Shown one piece after another: positions 37,693 through 51,278 of a stretch of DNA of 64,000 bases. Positions within the stretch are counted from its first letter, which is position 1. The number at the start of each line of letters is the position of its first letter. The notes under the pieces were generated by a model. It worked only from the letters and a program-made list of their open reading frames with translations. It made no database searches and was not told the origin of the DNA. Location: NCBI GenBank assembly GCA_017499595.2, contig CM039010.1:2108001-2172000 (forward strand), read 5' to 3'. Made by a program: the position numbers and the translations under genes. The DNA comes from Psilocybe cubensis. Taxonomy: Eukaryota.

Positions 37693-39846
37693 ACTTCTGC
37701 TGCTCACCTGTCCAAGTCTGATATTCAAGTTAAACAAAGAATAACCTTTCGATAAGATTTTAAAAGAAATGTTGACGCTGCTTTATGCGTGCCTTTGAGT
37801 CTTTTTCTGTCTGGTGAAAGGGGGCGTGCAGGAGCAGGAGCGTCTTTAGTTTCTTTAACGTTGGTGTTGGGGTAAGTAAGGGGATATGCAACACACGTTT
37901 CTTGACTTCATCACAATTTGGCTTTGTTAATTGCAAATCGATCGTGGCCCCGTTCTATTCGTGGTTCACGGTTTTTGGTTTGTGCTTTGAGCGTGAAGAT
38001 ATGCAATTTTAGCTGTGAGATTCACATATTTGGGTTTAGTCTTGGACCAGTGGTGGCGGCAGGAGCAGGAAATCAGGAAAAGTGTCCGCTCAGGAAAGTA
38101 TGGAACCCGACCGATTCTGATCTTGTATTCTCGATACCACACACACACACGGGCACACACACATAAAGCCACCCGGTAAGATTATACACCACTGTGGGGT
38201 ATTATAAGTCAGTAAAAAGCGGAAGAGTGAAAGGATGAAAGGGGGAAAGGACGGGAGAAACATACTATCGCTCAGAATCTCTGCCATTTGGTTTGCCACT
38301 CATACTCGTCGATTGACATTGCTCCTCGGAGTCTTCTGCATTATTCTCATTGGCTTCCTTAACCCTGATCAAAAATCAAACCAAAGTGCAGAACAACCAT
38401 CAACACGCAGCCTCATGTACCTACCGGATATTACTGAAATAAGAAAATAAAAACTCTTCAACACTGGGTACCGTTGGAGCCCAACTCTAATCAACTAAAG
38501 AGGGAGAAAAAAGAGAAAAGTCAAGAACAGAAAGAGGAGTAATTGCTGTGAGAACTGGATGTGCACGTACAACCATTTCTTTTCCTTTAACTAGTTCCAC
38601 TTTGTACTCCCGCGGCATAGCCGTTCATTGTTCCAAATGGCTAAAGGAAGAATTCGAATTGGACGCAATGCCCTTTCAAGAGACGAGGCTTCAAGCACGA
38701 GGAAAGTATACGCATATATGCATAGTAGCCGACGGTAGCCTTCATGGTCTGAGTTGGAAGTCAATCCATAATCGTGTGATAGTCTGGGGCTGTGAAATTC
38801 GAACGTGGGAAAAGCGTGCCCAGACAGACATCAAGCAAACAATGGCCAAATATCATCCGGCAGATTTGCCGAGTGATGGGCCCGACACTTCCCATTTGAA
38901 ATGGGATTGCTCTTCCAACACAGGTTGGTGGAATGATCTTTTATTGACCCTCCAAGGTAGAAAATAGGACACGGATCGAGTGTTAATCTCTGGTTTTCCT
39001 CATTGCTGCTAATCTAAATATCCACCCTTCATCTCGATCCCCTTCCCTCCCACCTCACTCTCTCTGACATTCACACTTCACTTTACGAGACCCCACAACT
39101 ACCACAACCCAACCAGTAACTAACACCCCCCCCTAACAACCCACCACATTCTGCGATGGCGTGCCCATCCCATTGATTCTACTAAGGGGTCTTGATAGAT
39201 CGATGGGGGAATGTCTGGGTCTCAACCATGACATGATTTTGTCCTGTGTATGCCTTCGAAGGGGTCCTTGTGAGCCGAAGCAGGTACAGGTTTATTAAAT
39301 AATAAATCATGTACGAGTCAATACGGTAAAAGGTATTAGATTATAGACAGAAATCTTATGTACGATGTGACTGTGATATTACCTTCAGGATACCTAGATA
39401 AGCGTAAGGAATGTTCTGATTGACTCTCTTATTTGAATCGTCCAACCGGCAGTGGAGCAGCTTGTTAGATGCTCCGTTCATATGGGTATCCGTCCCAAAT
39501 GGGAAGAGGTGACCATCCGAAACTAGATATCACCTTGAAATATCGCTGTGCACGTCCCCATTGTAGGACGTGACGGAGTGATCAAATTATGCAGAGAAAG
39601 GGGATACCATCATGTCCTAATCAGCGGATGGTGCCAGAAGACTTTTCTCACGACTAGTATTTCCCAAACAAGATGTCGTCAATTATAAAGACCAACCATC
39701 ATTTAACGTGCGGTCGTTCAAATCCCTTGACATCTATAACATTTGTGTCGGTCCGTTGACTTGCATTAGGACAAGCCAAAGCTTTTCATAAGTGTTGTCT
39801 GACCTAGTGCGTTGCTGGACAGAAATTCTTCTCATTGTTTGGCATT

Positions 39847-41350
39847 ATGGAGGCCTCCCAGCCTGTCCCCTTGCTGCTAGGTGGGAAATTATTGCAATAA
39901 TATGAAGCGCCCATGATTCATCAATATCTTTGAAATAGGTCAATTATTCTCCAGGGATTCCAATGCTTTCTCTCCCAACATACGTCTTCTCATCGCATAT
40001 GACGTTCTTTATATCACAGGCTTTCTTTCATTGGCAGTTGTAGTCCTAACTGCATACTTCTCGTCGGCAACTCATAGAACCTCACTATGGTACCTTGGTG
40101 TCACATCCTGGGTCATTATTGCATTTGCAAACATCTTGCTATTGGGGCAGCAAACAGGCCCAGAGCCGAATGTCTACTATTGCTTGGCTCAGGCGACCTT
40201 GATATATGCATCTCCTGCATAGTAGGTTACACATTACTATTCCATCCGGTTTTCAACATCTAAAAAATGGGCAGCGCGGCTGTTGTCAATGCGGCATACA
40301 TGATACAGGTACGTCCGCAGATTTCTTGTGCTTCATTTATTCTCATTCCATACACAAGGCATATTGCTCTTTAGCTTCGTCAAGATCGAAGCAACTAAGT
40401 TGTCGTCCTGCCTTTGTTAAATCTGTGCGAATAGGATATTCCTTTGTAGTGTAAATATCTGACTCTAACATGGTTTTAGCTGCACGCAATATCAGTCATG
40501 ATCTTCTTCAGCCTTGTACTGGAGATCCTTATTGTAAGTTAAACATCGCAAAAAAGGAAGTTATGTATCAATGATTGGTTTAGCTTGGCCTTTCCCGGAA
40601 AGAGCTCATCCAGAGAGACCCTTCTGGGATGTATTGTCACTTGAACTCCCAGACACCGTAAGGATCATTTACGTGTAACTCTCCAACTCTATTTCAATTT
40701 CAATTCAGAAGTCGTGTTACTGCTGCGGTCACCATCTTGGGCATGTCAATTATATTGATAATGGAAGGTAACACATATTTCTTCTAGTAGCACCTCCGAT
40801 AAATTTAATCTCAATATTTTGTCTTAGTACTCATCTTTCGTCTTATTCGGCAGACGACTGAAGGTGTTAAAGCGGCCTCTCGGACATCCATGAATATACG
40901 GCAGGAGGCCTTCTCCCGGGAGGTGTTCACTCGCATGGCATTCTTCAGTGGTTGGGCATTAATATGCATAGGGTAAATGGCTCTATTTCTTCACGCTGAA
41001 CCAGCCAATACAGATTAATCATTCTACAAGGCTGTCCTTTATCCAATATCTACCAGCTTCCAAAGTCAACAACACTGATGCTCAAATTGTGCAGGCTACA
41101 TGTACGAAGATTTTTCATTTACTCAACTTCTGGACAGTGCGAACACTACTCTGACGTTTTTGTCTACAAGTGCCATGCGTTGCAACACTAACCTTTGGAT
41201 CGCAAAAGGTAAGAAGCAAAGGCAATGTTTATTGTGGTTTTACATACCAATGACAATAAACTCCAGGACGTTTTGAGTGTATATATCAAACCAAGAAAGA
41301 GATTTTTGAGCCTCAAGTTCAACAAGAATTTAGCTAGCGACATATGCTAA
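39847..41350 (+). CDS. Uncharacterised multi-TM (GPCR-like) Agaricomycete membrane protein
   Basis: Spliced MEASQPVPLLL|GQLFSRDS..VLTAYFSSATHRTSLWY..ILLLGQQTGPEPNVYYCLAQATLIYASPA..RDPSGMYCHL..LTFGSQK|DVLSVY..DIC*. GT-AG introns keep frame where checked. Confidence 0.75.
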
Positions 41351-42456
41351 TCTTTTTCCAATCCTTTTGCCAACTGAATCTTTCTTACAATGTGTCTGTC
41401 GTTACATGATCGTGGTTCATCTTTGAAAGATGATTACTTTAAAATGACAAATGTAGCACATATGTATCATTTTATAAACGGGGGCCGTGCCCATCAATGT
41501 GCAGTGTAATGCAGCAAAGGAAGTTCTCAAAGATGAATCTGAATGCATGTCGAGAGAGTAACAAAACAGCATGCAATTACTGTAGGAACTTATAGGTATC
41601 ATTATCTGTGCACCCAATACGTAGAAATTTTGTTTAAAAAGAAATTGTGATGGAAATGACAAATGGAGATTGGAATTGAGCTAGGCAGATAGATATCAAA
41701 CCGTACCCTAATTGACATGGAGAACACGATAAACATTGTAAACGCTACTATTGGAACAACTATTCACTTACGGTAAATAAAAGAAAAGTGACGTGCACAG
41801 TACAATACGTCGCAATCCCGATTCATATTGTCCTCCAGCACTACTACTTAACTGGCTTGGCAAGTTCCTGGAATCCTTTTAACATTGAATGAAAATGAAA
41901 AAAGAATGTCTACACACCTAAATATAAATTGCTCAGCCAGTGTCCTTAAACTGCCGTATTGAAAGGTGTGAAAGAACCAACTTGGGAAAAATGACAGATC
42001 GGCTAGGCCGGTGATGTACCACGGGCGCATCTTTACGAGTAATTATAACATAAGAAGACCTACCCGGGCCTAAAATATATTCATGGATCGACATCTTCGC
42101 CTACGAACGAAAGTGGAGCTATCCGTTCCGTTTCACCGACTCGCATGTCGACCATAAGGAGCCACTCACTCGCTATGAGCAATCGAATCAGTGTATTTTG
42201 GCAGATCTCCTTGAAGGCCATGGGTTTCTCGTCATCTTACCTTTCGACTATGCACCCATCCCGCTCCCATTGATATTGATACATCTGGTGCTAAGGGTAT
42301 CTTTGCGTAACTTCTGCAATTTTTTATGCCCGCCAACAATTCTACTATTTTTCTGTTCTCTAAATTTAAGCTCCGGTTGTCAAACTTTATCAATTGAGTG
42401 TTTATAAATTTCGAGCATAGGCATATTGTCATATCGATACACCTGTAGTCGCACCC

Positions 42457-44715
42457 TGAAGTCTTCATACCCTGGCAGTTGCCAGGTGTATGGGAAGTAT
42501 CTACGCTGGCAACTGCCAGGTGCCACAATTGAAGTCTTCAGCTGAGCGATGGTCAATACGACCAAACAAATCCCAAACACGGTGAGCGGGGCCCCGTCGG
42601 GGGCGAAAAATGGCTTTGCTCGTTGTTCGGGCGGCCGTTTGGGGCGGGAAAAAATACGTCGGGGTCGGCTCGATGAGCAGACCGCATCGGCGTTGTTTGC
42701 GCGGCGTTATGGACAGCGGGCGGGGTGGATGGGGCGGGGCGACGTTGGATGACGCTCGCATTATTTCTGGGTGATTTCCCGATTCGGGTAATAGATCATT
42801 GATGTACTGATGTAATCAAATTGATCATCACCATCAATCCATCACGCCGCGGCCATCGATTCAGCCAGCGCATGCACCGTGCGCGCGCGCGCGTTGAAAA
42901 TGCGCACTGCTCGTTGGCCTGTAGGTCTTTCGCGCAGACGCTTTGTTATGAGACATAATATTACTAATAGAGGGACGTCCTGCGACGCCGTATGCTCACC
43001 AAATCAAACAAATGAGATATCTAAAGGATTACAATGCATTATGCAACACATAGTATCTTTACATGTTTCTACATAGTTGATGGACATGGCACATATTTTG
43101 AGTGACTATGGATTAGAAAATATAGTAGTAAGATGATCAATACATGAGTAATTTGGTAATACTTGTCAAATACAGTTCATGTAATGGCTTTTGATGAATG
43201 TTGCTACTGTTATATCCACTGGCACTTGTTGTGCCCTTCCTGTGCCACTCTGGATGCTATATTTGTTTGTATGTTGTTAAGAAAGTTTAACAATTATTGC
43301 TATATATGTAGATTCTTATGCACGACTGTAAAGGATCGGAAAGCTTGCTCGAGAACACTTTATTATCTCAATATCTAAAAATAGCCACATTTCCGGACGC
43401 TCTTTCCACGTCAATTCCAACAGTAAATATTCAATTGGGAAACATCTTCATGTTGAAGTTGAAAATAAAATTATTGCTAAAATAATGTAAAATCATTCTA
43501 TATCCAAATATACCGTGAAAAAAAAATGGATGCCTCAAAAGGTGTGCTTCAGGCTCGGAAGGTCGACCTCAGAAACTACTAAATCCATAAATTCATCCAA
43601 CAAGATCACCTTGTAGGATATTACAACACACGGTATAAAGTGTATATATTTCAATTCATTTTTAAACCAGCTACATGTTGGTATCTTTTTTTTGATGTAA
43701 TGTTCAGAATTGCGTTCAGAATTGCAAAATTACATAGAAAATTTTGAATCCGAGATCACCAAATTAGATTCCGGCACTGTATATGTGCTAAATATTGAGT
43801 GAGACAGCAAATATAACACTGTTTTTGTCTATACTTCCAAGATGAATACTCTGTAGAATAGGTTGGTTACTCATATGCCCTTTTATTTGATCTCGAGTTC
43901 ATCAGAATGTGAAAATAATCAGTGACCCCTTCTTTTTTGCATCATTGATACTGGCAAAGTAGCAGCAATCCCATTTTACATTAGATATTCTTACTATATA
44001 TTGCTATATATGATCACATAAACGAGATACAGGCCTCTAGTGACATTAGTAGCCTATAGGTTGAGCTAAATAAGTTGTCTACTCTGTGCTTCTGCCAGTC
44101 AAGGTATCATATCACTGTTTTCCCAAGCCTACTCAAGGTAATTACCACAGCAGACTGACTGAACTCTACAAATGTGGGTCAATATTACCACTCACCACTG
44201 TCGCATGCCTGTATAGGTAACCTCTATGCTTTATCTGCGCTGCAAGAGCGCCGGGATAACGAGCAGTGCGCGTTTTCAATGCGCGCGCGTGCACGGTGCA
44301 TGCGCTGGCTGAATCGATGGCCGCGGCGTGATGGGATTGATGGTGATGATCAATTGATCACATCAATACATCAATGATCTGCAACCCGAATCGGGAAATC
44401 ACCCAGAAATAATGCGAGCGTCATCCAACGTCGCCCCGCCCCATCCACCCCGCCCGCTGTCCATAACGTCGCGCAAACAATGCCGACGTGGTCTGCTCAT
44501 CGAACCGACCCCGACGCATTTTTTCCCGCCCCAAACGGCCGCCCGAACAACGAGCTACGCCATTTTTCGCGCCCGGCGGGGCCCCGCTCACCGTGTTTGG
44601 GATTTGTTTGGTTGTATTGACCATCGCCCAGCTGAAGACTTCAAATGTGGCACCTGGCAGTTGCCAGCGTAGATACTTCCCATACACCTGGCAACTGCCA
44701 GGTATGAAGGCTTCA
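42457..44715. mobile_element. Non-autonomous DNA transposon / foldback-like element with ~460-bp terminal inverted repeats
   Basis: 42457-~42915 is the reverse complement, with scattered mismatches, of ~44257-44715 (termini TGAAG(T/C)CTTCATAC). Mirror ORFs at 42501-42761(-) and 44412-44672(+). AT-rich interior has no recognisable transposase. Confidence 0.85.
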
Positions 44716-44886
44716 ACTAGCAGCTAAGGCTGATCGATAGCTATAGACCAAGTCAGGATGGGGAAATTGAGTTATTTTAAAACGGCACAGTTGCCATGAT
44801 CGTACGTCAACCTCAAGGCCACCTAAGGCTATACGGCCATACTATAGCATTAAATTGCATGGTGCACTGTTAGCAGCTGTGTAACT

Positions 44887-46699
44887 ATGTCTTTCTCTTT
44901 CTTTGCCGGCCTTGTTGTCCTCGCTATCTTCTTAATTCTTCTTTGGGCAATGACACCAATATTCAATCCTAAGACCACCTTTGCTACTTATCGCTTTGCT
45001 CCGTGCCCGTCCCTCGTTCCCGTCCGAAGCTATGACGGAAAGGGTGGAGTGGAGTACATTTCGCTCAAAAGTCTGCTCGATACCCACTGTCCTAGCCTGT
45101 TTCTAGGCTACAGGCCATTGTGGTGGGTAGCAAAGTACGTCATGCTGTTAGCGCAAATACAATAGAAGATCTAACATTCCCGCACCAGTGGCCACCTTCA
45201 GACTCTATACAGCGCCATAAAGCAGTTTTCAAGAGAAGATCAAGTCTGGTATAAAAGGTAAGCCAGATAGTTACGCTCATTGTTTATTAACAGTGTTTTT
45301 ACTCGTAATTGCAGGACTTATCTTCGCTTAGCCGACGGAGGAACCTTGTATGCTCTCTTAAGACAGAGTTTAGGGTGTTTGTCTCACTATTATGCATAGG
45401 GGTTTGGATTTTACACCCTCAGAGGAATATGGAGTAAGGAAAGATGCCCCAATTGTCGTGATACAGCATGGACTGACGGGCGGTAAGTCAGTGTGTCTAC
45501 AACGTCGGGATACTTGTCTAAGTGATTGTTGATATACCCAGGCTCACATGAACCTTATATTCGAGCCGTGCTGAGTCGCGCATGCCGGCCAGTAGAAGAG
45601 GGTGGGCTTGGCTACCGAGGAGTTGTGATAAACTTCAGGGGATGTGAGTATGATGGGCGTTACCATTCATGAAGGCGTTTGTTCTAAGCCTTGAATTAGG
45701 CGCGGGTGTGCCATTGACCTCACAGCTTCTCTACTCTGCGGGATCTACTGACGACACACGCCAAGCGCTGATGCATATAGTACATAGATTCCCGGACGCA
45801 CCGCTTCTCGGTCTCAGCTTCTCCCTTGGGGCAAATGTTTTGACAAGATATGTAGCTGAAGAAGGCGATCGGTGTCTCTTGAGATCTGCATGTGTCCTCG
45901 CATGTGTGAGTGATATTTTGTTTTTCTTTTATGAGATTTGAAAGCTAATTCACTTCATATAGCCTTGGGATATGAAATTTAATGGAGATAGGTACGTTCC
46001 CAGAATTTTGGCTTATCAACTTACACACTCAACAAAAGTTCAAAACATTTTAGGCTCAACGCTGCCATTCTCGGGAGACACCTCTGGTCTAAAGGAATGG
46101 GGCGCAATATGCAAGCGCTCATTAAGCAACATAAAGACATCCTACTCTCCAACCCGGACTCCCCAACTTACAAGGTCACACGGCGTGTGCTGAGCATGCG
46201 CAACCCAGCCCTGAACGAACTAGACAACGTCTTTACCGCCGTGATTGGGGGGACTTCACCGCCGTTTCCTTTCGAGGACGCCGCCTCGTATTATACCTGG
46301 GCATCCTCGCATAAATGCCTTGACAAGATCAGAATACCTTTCCTCACAATTAATGCGTCGGACGATCCGGTGGTTAAGCAGGTCCCGGAGGAGTGCAGCA
46401 ACGGCCTGGTGGTGCTCGGTCTCACTCAGGGCGGTGGGCACCTGGGCTGGTTCCAGTCTGACGACTCGTTCGACGTTCGCTGGACGACGAAGCCGCTGCT
46501 CGAGTGGCTGCGCATGTCTGGCGACTACCTTCTCGGAGATCACGAGCGCATGAAGTCATCGTTGTACGTTGCGGACGATGGCTTTTTGAGGGACGCGAAA
46601 AACCCCAGGTTGGGCTGCAAGGTGCTCGAGGTCAAAGAAAACTCATTAATAGACGGAAACGCGGGCCAGCAACAGGTTTTTCGAGGCCAATTTCTGTAG
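44887..46699 (+). CDS. Alpha/beta hydrolase, Eht1/Eeb1 (YheT/ABHD1-3) family acyltransferase/esterase
   Basis: GHLQTLY, LADGGTL, HGLTGGSHEPYIR, NFRGC, YSAGSTDD, LSFSLGAN (nucleophile Ser), NASDDPVV, GGHLGWF. Confidence 0.9.
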
Positions 46700-48227
46700 C
46701 TGTGTGAGATTACTCTGGATTAGATGGGTGATAAAGCAAATTGTTGGAGATTTTCTCGTTAGGCTATAAATTTTGTGTATTTAATATTTAGCATTTGTAG
46801 TACCAACACTTTTTATCATTTTGGCGTAATTTCTTAAAGAGATTCTCCTGTAGCAAATACACCCCCTGTTGCTCACTCGCCTTGCTCAGTACCATCGAAA
46901 TCGAGCGCCTAAATTGGAAAACCTCCATTAATTCATTGATTGAAGTCTCCTAGCATCCATACGTATATTCATCAAACCAAACCAAACCAATGCCATACAT
47001 ATACCTGTCTACCGAGCGGTGGCTGTAATATCGTTCAAGGGAAGGGTCCAGAGTGTATTAGCCCAGAGGCCCTCGGATATAGACTAAGATACGCCGGACA
47101 TCCGAAGTGTTACATCTTTTATAAATTATATATAGTACTTGTAACTCTTCCATCAAATAAAGTCCTTGTCGCGCATCGAACTTTAAACTCCCGGAGCACT
47201 TCTGGATATCTTTAGCAAGTTATTTACCGATGTGGATTGCCACAGTCGCCGAATGTCTTTGGTAAGGGCCTTCTCGGCTCAACATCCTCCTAAAAAGATG
47301 GACGAAGCATGATGTAGACTCATTCACAAACAACTGCAGACCTCATTGCTATGTGAACAATTGCAGTTTGTCGTGATATTGTAGTTATTTCAAAGTTTCA
47401 ATGACCTTCGAGGGGACGGTTGGGTTATGCCGATTTCACATGCACAAGTGGCCGTCACGGCACGTCTTGCTTCAATCAAGAATACACGCATACTGATTTT
47501 CTAGATTATTGCTACTACGGTACGCGATATTTACGGCATTGTACTTCATCTATGTAGACAACAATTTCAACATCCGGGAGATCATTCCAGATGTCTGGGG
47601 ATTAGTCATTCTCAAGCTCTATACATATGAAACTCAAGCGTTTGTGAGTGGGTTCTTCTAAACTTGGGTGGCGTCTCATTCTATTAAGTACTCCTTAATT
47701 TCTAGTAAGTAATAGGCTCATACTTATGTCCTTACGCTCAAAGTTTTGGAAGCAAATCTGTACACAGTTTTTGTCAAAAGATGGATATCACGATAATGAT
47801 AGCCCCGGACAAATAACGCTGACTTGCCGCTATTGTAGAGGTGCCAGCAGCAAGGAGAAACACAGAACGTTACTGATGTGATAAAGAGGCACTCCACATC
47901 TTTTCTGATGCAAATGGACGAGACGTTATACACCTCCAATATGGCTAATCTTTCGCCAGTTTTTTTTACCCCCAACTTTAAACGCCGATTGTGAATACAA
48001 GACCTTCTTAATTGGCCTCTCGCAGTGAGGCCGTGCTGGAAAGATCTGGGAGCGATAACATGTTTAGCTTTGAATCTAGGTCCAGTTTCAAGTTTCCTCT
48101 GCTCAAAACAGCAGAATGCCATGGTCCGGTCGTTCTGGTTTCGTCCTGCCGCCATCGGGAAGTGCGTGCCGAGCAGATTGTCTGTTACTGTGACATCATT
48201 GACTAAGCGGCATCAATAATCCGCTGC

Positions 48228-48534
48228 ATAAGATATATTTCGCTCGGATTAAATTGCACTTTTTCGGAATGTGCTAAATTTGAGTAGAAGTGAAAGGAGG
48301 AGAAGGTGACAGAATATCCGAGTTATCTGATATTCCGTGGGTGCGTAGGGCTTTGGCGGGTGGTCAGGAAAGACCAAGTGAAGGTCACGAGAAATGACCG
48401 GATTCGAAGTGAGACACGCAAAGCGCGAGTCGTGAGGAAACGAAAGCGAGGAGAAAGGTTTAGCCGCCAAAGGCCTGAGCGCTTGGATCGAACCACGTGG
48501 AAATCGCAAACGAGAACCAACGGTGGCAGTACCA
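48228..48534 (-). repeat. Split direct repeat B2 (307 bp)
   Basis: Appears identical to 48873-49179. Confidence 0.9.
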
Positions 48535-48572
48535 AACACTGGAAAAAGGAAAGAAAAGGGAGAGGAGGGTGG

Positions 48573-48874
48573 GCTCAAAAGAAAAATCGGAGGCGAGTCG
48601 AGGGGAAAGACGAGATGAGACTGGACGAGTCTGAAGACGAGCCGGTAGGGGAGAAAAATACGAGGACAACTTTTATTATATAGATGTACAGAAATTAAAG
48701 AATCAACAGAAGAGACTGGGGAGGTATGACAGGTGAGACCTGACAAGTGTCAGGTTCAGGAACCGGAAGACGTTAAGACGATCATTAAAACAGAGAAGAC
48801 AAAACTCAAATAAGCAATCGTCATCCTCGCTGCTATCTTATCCATAGATGAGTGCTACGCACTCATCGTGGAAT
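48573..48874 (-). repeat. Split direct repeat A2 (302 bp)
   Basis: Appears identical to 54472-54773. Confidence 0.9.
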
Positions 48875-49179
48875 AAGATATATTTCGCTCGGATTAAATT
48901 GCACTTTTTCGGAATGTGCTAAATTTGAGTAGAAGTGAAAGGAGGAGAAGGTGACAGAATATCCGAGTTATCTGATATTCCGTGGGTGCGTAGGGCTTTG
49001 GCGGGTGGTCAGGAAAGACCAAGTGAAGGTCACGAGAAATGACCGGATTCGAAGTGAGACACGCAAAGCGCGAGTCGTGAGGAAACGAAAGCGAGGAGAA
49101 AGGTTTAGCCGCCAAAGGCCTGAGCGCTTGGATCGAACCACGTGGAAATCGCAAACGAGAACCAACGGTGGCAGTACCA
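48873..49179 (-). repeat. Split direct repeat B1
   Basis: Appears identical to 48228-48534. Confidence 0.9.
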
Positions 49180-49403
49180 GACGGAGCGCAAGCTCACCAC
49201 CAACGCCGTGGGTTCTCGGGCCACAAGGAAGACCCAAGCAGAGCTGAGCACCAATGTTAGAAGAGGACGGACGTTGATATCAAACCAGATGTCAAGAAAA
49301 TAAGCATGATTTAATTGAGTGAACACAGGATAAGTTTATACCGGAATAAAGTAGCGAGAAGGGAAATATTGCAGCAGAGAGTAGGTAAATAAAGTACAAT
49401 GGT

Positions 49404-51278
49404 CTATAAGTTGAGAGAAGCAGCATTGGAGAGCGAGGATTGCGAGATGTTACAGTTGATGCGGAATTGTTCGACAGAAGCGGAAACATTATCTAGGTTT
49501 GATTTGGAATATGCAGCAGATGTACAGGATGGGATGATTTCAGCCATACGGCGCCAATAAAGAAGGAAAGCGAGCGAGGTCCAGCCACCGGTGGCGGCCA
49601 CAACCTGGAGAGAAAGAGATAAGAGATATGAAGGGAAGGAGATGAAGAGAAATACCTCAGGAGGGACACCGGCAAGGAGGAGGGTAACCGCACCACCAAT
49701 GCGGAAGGAGTGGCCGGATATGTGAGCGAGGTTAAGACGGTCCCACACTTTGCACACAAATTGCAGAAAAGTGTGTTTGTACAAGTGGGCCCAACCCCCA
49801 TTGTTGGTGCGGTAAGCGAAGAGAGATGATAAGGGAGGAGGATTTCTGTTGATAATCATATGGTTGAGAAGAGCAGAGACAGGGCACAGAGCATCTCTGC
49901 GGGCAGTGATGATGATATCTGCGCCCTCCTCGTGTGTGGTTTTGGTCCAGGGGATGTGGAAACTAGCCGAGACGGCAGAACCATTGATATAGCGAAAGTT
50001 TATGAGAGAGTCGGAGGCGCAAACGTTGAGCAGTGGAGAGAAGGAGGAGGCAGACTTGACAGTGGTTTCCCCAAGACGACGACAGCCGAAAAAGGTAACA
50101 AGGGCACAAGCCCAAACTGCCGCATCGAAGGGTTTTGAGATGTCGATGGAATTGCGGAGGGCAAGAAGATGTTCGATGGAAACCGGAGCACGCGGAGGAC
50201 GCTTGAAGGCTACACCAGCCTTACTGGCTGCTTTCCGTGCAAGAGACAGCCATTCGTTGTCTCCGTGCCAATCAGCCCCTTTGAGGACATGCCAAGCTCT
50301 GACACCGGCAAGCCAGGATTTGACTGTATTGCCAGAAACGCGACCGGAGGCCCAGTCAACAAAGGCAGTAAGGGTAACGATGGATGCGGGCATGCGGGAA
50401 GGCTCGGAGATGGAAGATTCGTCGCAGAATTCATGAAAACGTTTGAGACCTGCCGCATAGGTGGATTTTGAATTATCAGCGAGGGCCCGTGCCACGAGGT
50501 CGTAAGCCCGGTCCACTACAGCTGGGGGATGAGATGAGGACAGGTCCATTCTGTGAGACTGATCAAAAGAGGAAGTCCAAGAAGTGAGGCGAGCAGCAGC
50601 AGGAACGTTGGGGCGGAAAGGATGAGATGATGATAAAGGGTTTGATGAAACAGGAGGAAGGTTATTTAACACGGGAGGTGAAGAGACCTTAGCTAACGAA
50701 GGGGAACAGGATGGTGAGGGAAGGGGTTGTGAAACTGGAGAAAGTACTGGAATCTGAGGGTTTAAATAAGAAGAAGGGGATCCGGGGGGAAGCAGGAAAG
50801 GAACAGGGCGAGGGTGAAACTTTTTGGAAGAAGATAGAATTGGAAGTGAAGAAACTTTAGAAGGGAAAGAAGAAGAAGAGCGGCTACGACGAGGTTTACT
50901 AGAACGTACAATTTTAGAAGAAGGGGGGTCAGAAAGCAAAGAGGAAAAGGGATGAGATTGGAACTGTGAAATGGGGATGTTTGATAGCGACACGCGGCGC
51001 GGAAGGGAAGTCGAGGAAGCGGACTCCCCACACGTGGAGCATCGGCCTTCCCGAGGCCCTTTATGCGAACAATGCATTGGGCAGGAAAGAGGAGCGGAGC
51101 TCGCCAGGCAGCGAGAAGCGAACCTCCAATTCAAAGCCGAGAGGACCACCCAATCCGCGCGAGAGGGGGTCAGCAGGATTCTCTTTGGAAGCAACGTAGG
51201 ATAATTCTGGAACAATATAAATGGAAGAGAGGACAGCACAAGAACGACGGATGGAGAGGTTGATGTGAGGGTTAGCAC
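49404..51278 (-). CDS. DIRS/Ngaro tyrosine recombinase (true start uncertain; predicted intron 49605-49655)
   Basis: SKSTYAAGLKRFHEFC, TFFGCRRLGE (R), IPWTKT (K), ISGHSFRIGG (HxxR), GVPPE|VVAATGGW (W), AFLLYWR (Y). Confidence 0.9.
   Translation of the reverse strand: MLTLTSTSPSVVLVLSSLPFILFQNYPTLLPKRILLTPSRADWVVLSALNWRFASRCLASSAPLSCPMHCSHKGPREGRCSTCGESASSTSLPRRVSLSNIPISQFQSHPFSSLLSDPPSSKIVRSSKPRRSRSSSSFPSKVSSLPILSSSKKFHPRPVPFLLPPGSPSSYLNPQIPVLSPVSQPLPSPSCSPSLAKVSSPPVLNNLPPVSSNPLSSSHPFRPNVPAAARLTSWTSSFDQSHRMDLSSSHPPAVVDRAYDLVARALADNSKSTYAAGLKRFHEFCDESSISEPSRMPASIVTLTAFVDWASGRVSGNTVKSWLAGVRAWHVLKGADWHGDNEWLSLARKAASKAGVAFKRPPRAPVSIEHLLALRNSIDISKPFDAAVWACALVTFFGCRRLGETTVKSASSFSPLLNVCASDSLINFRYINGSAVSASFHIPWTKTTHEEGADIIITARRDALCPVSALLNHMIINRNPPPLSSLFAYRTNNGGWAHLYKHTFLQFVCKVWDRLNLAHISGHSFRIGGAVTLLLAGVPPEVFLFISFPSYLLSLSLQVVAATGGWTSLAFLLYWRRMAEIIPSCTSAAYSKSNLDNVSASVEQFRINCNISQSSLSNAASLNL

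Noticed and set aside
37918-38967. Several short ORFs including 38548-38967
   Set aside because: No motifs and no consistent splice model.
42501-44727. Paired near-identical ORFs on opposite strands
   Set aside because: By-product of the GC-rich terminal inverted repeats.
48249-49326. Duplicated Arg-rich and Ser/Phe-rich ORFs; possible LTRs
   Set aside because: They lie in the split direct repeats. The A..B-A-B order, YR and absence of a DDE integrase exclude an LTR element.
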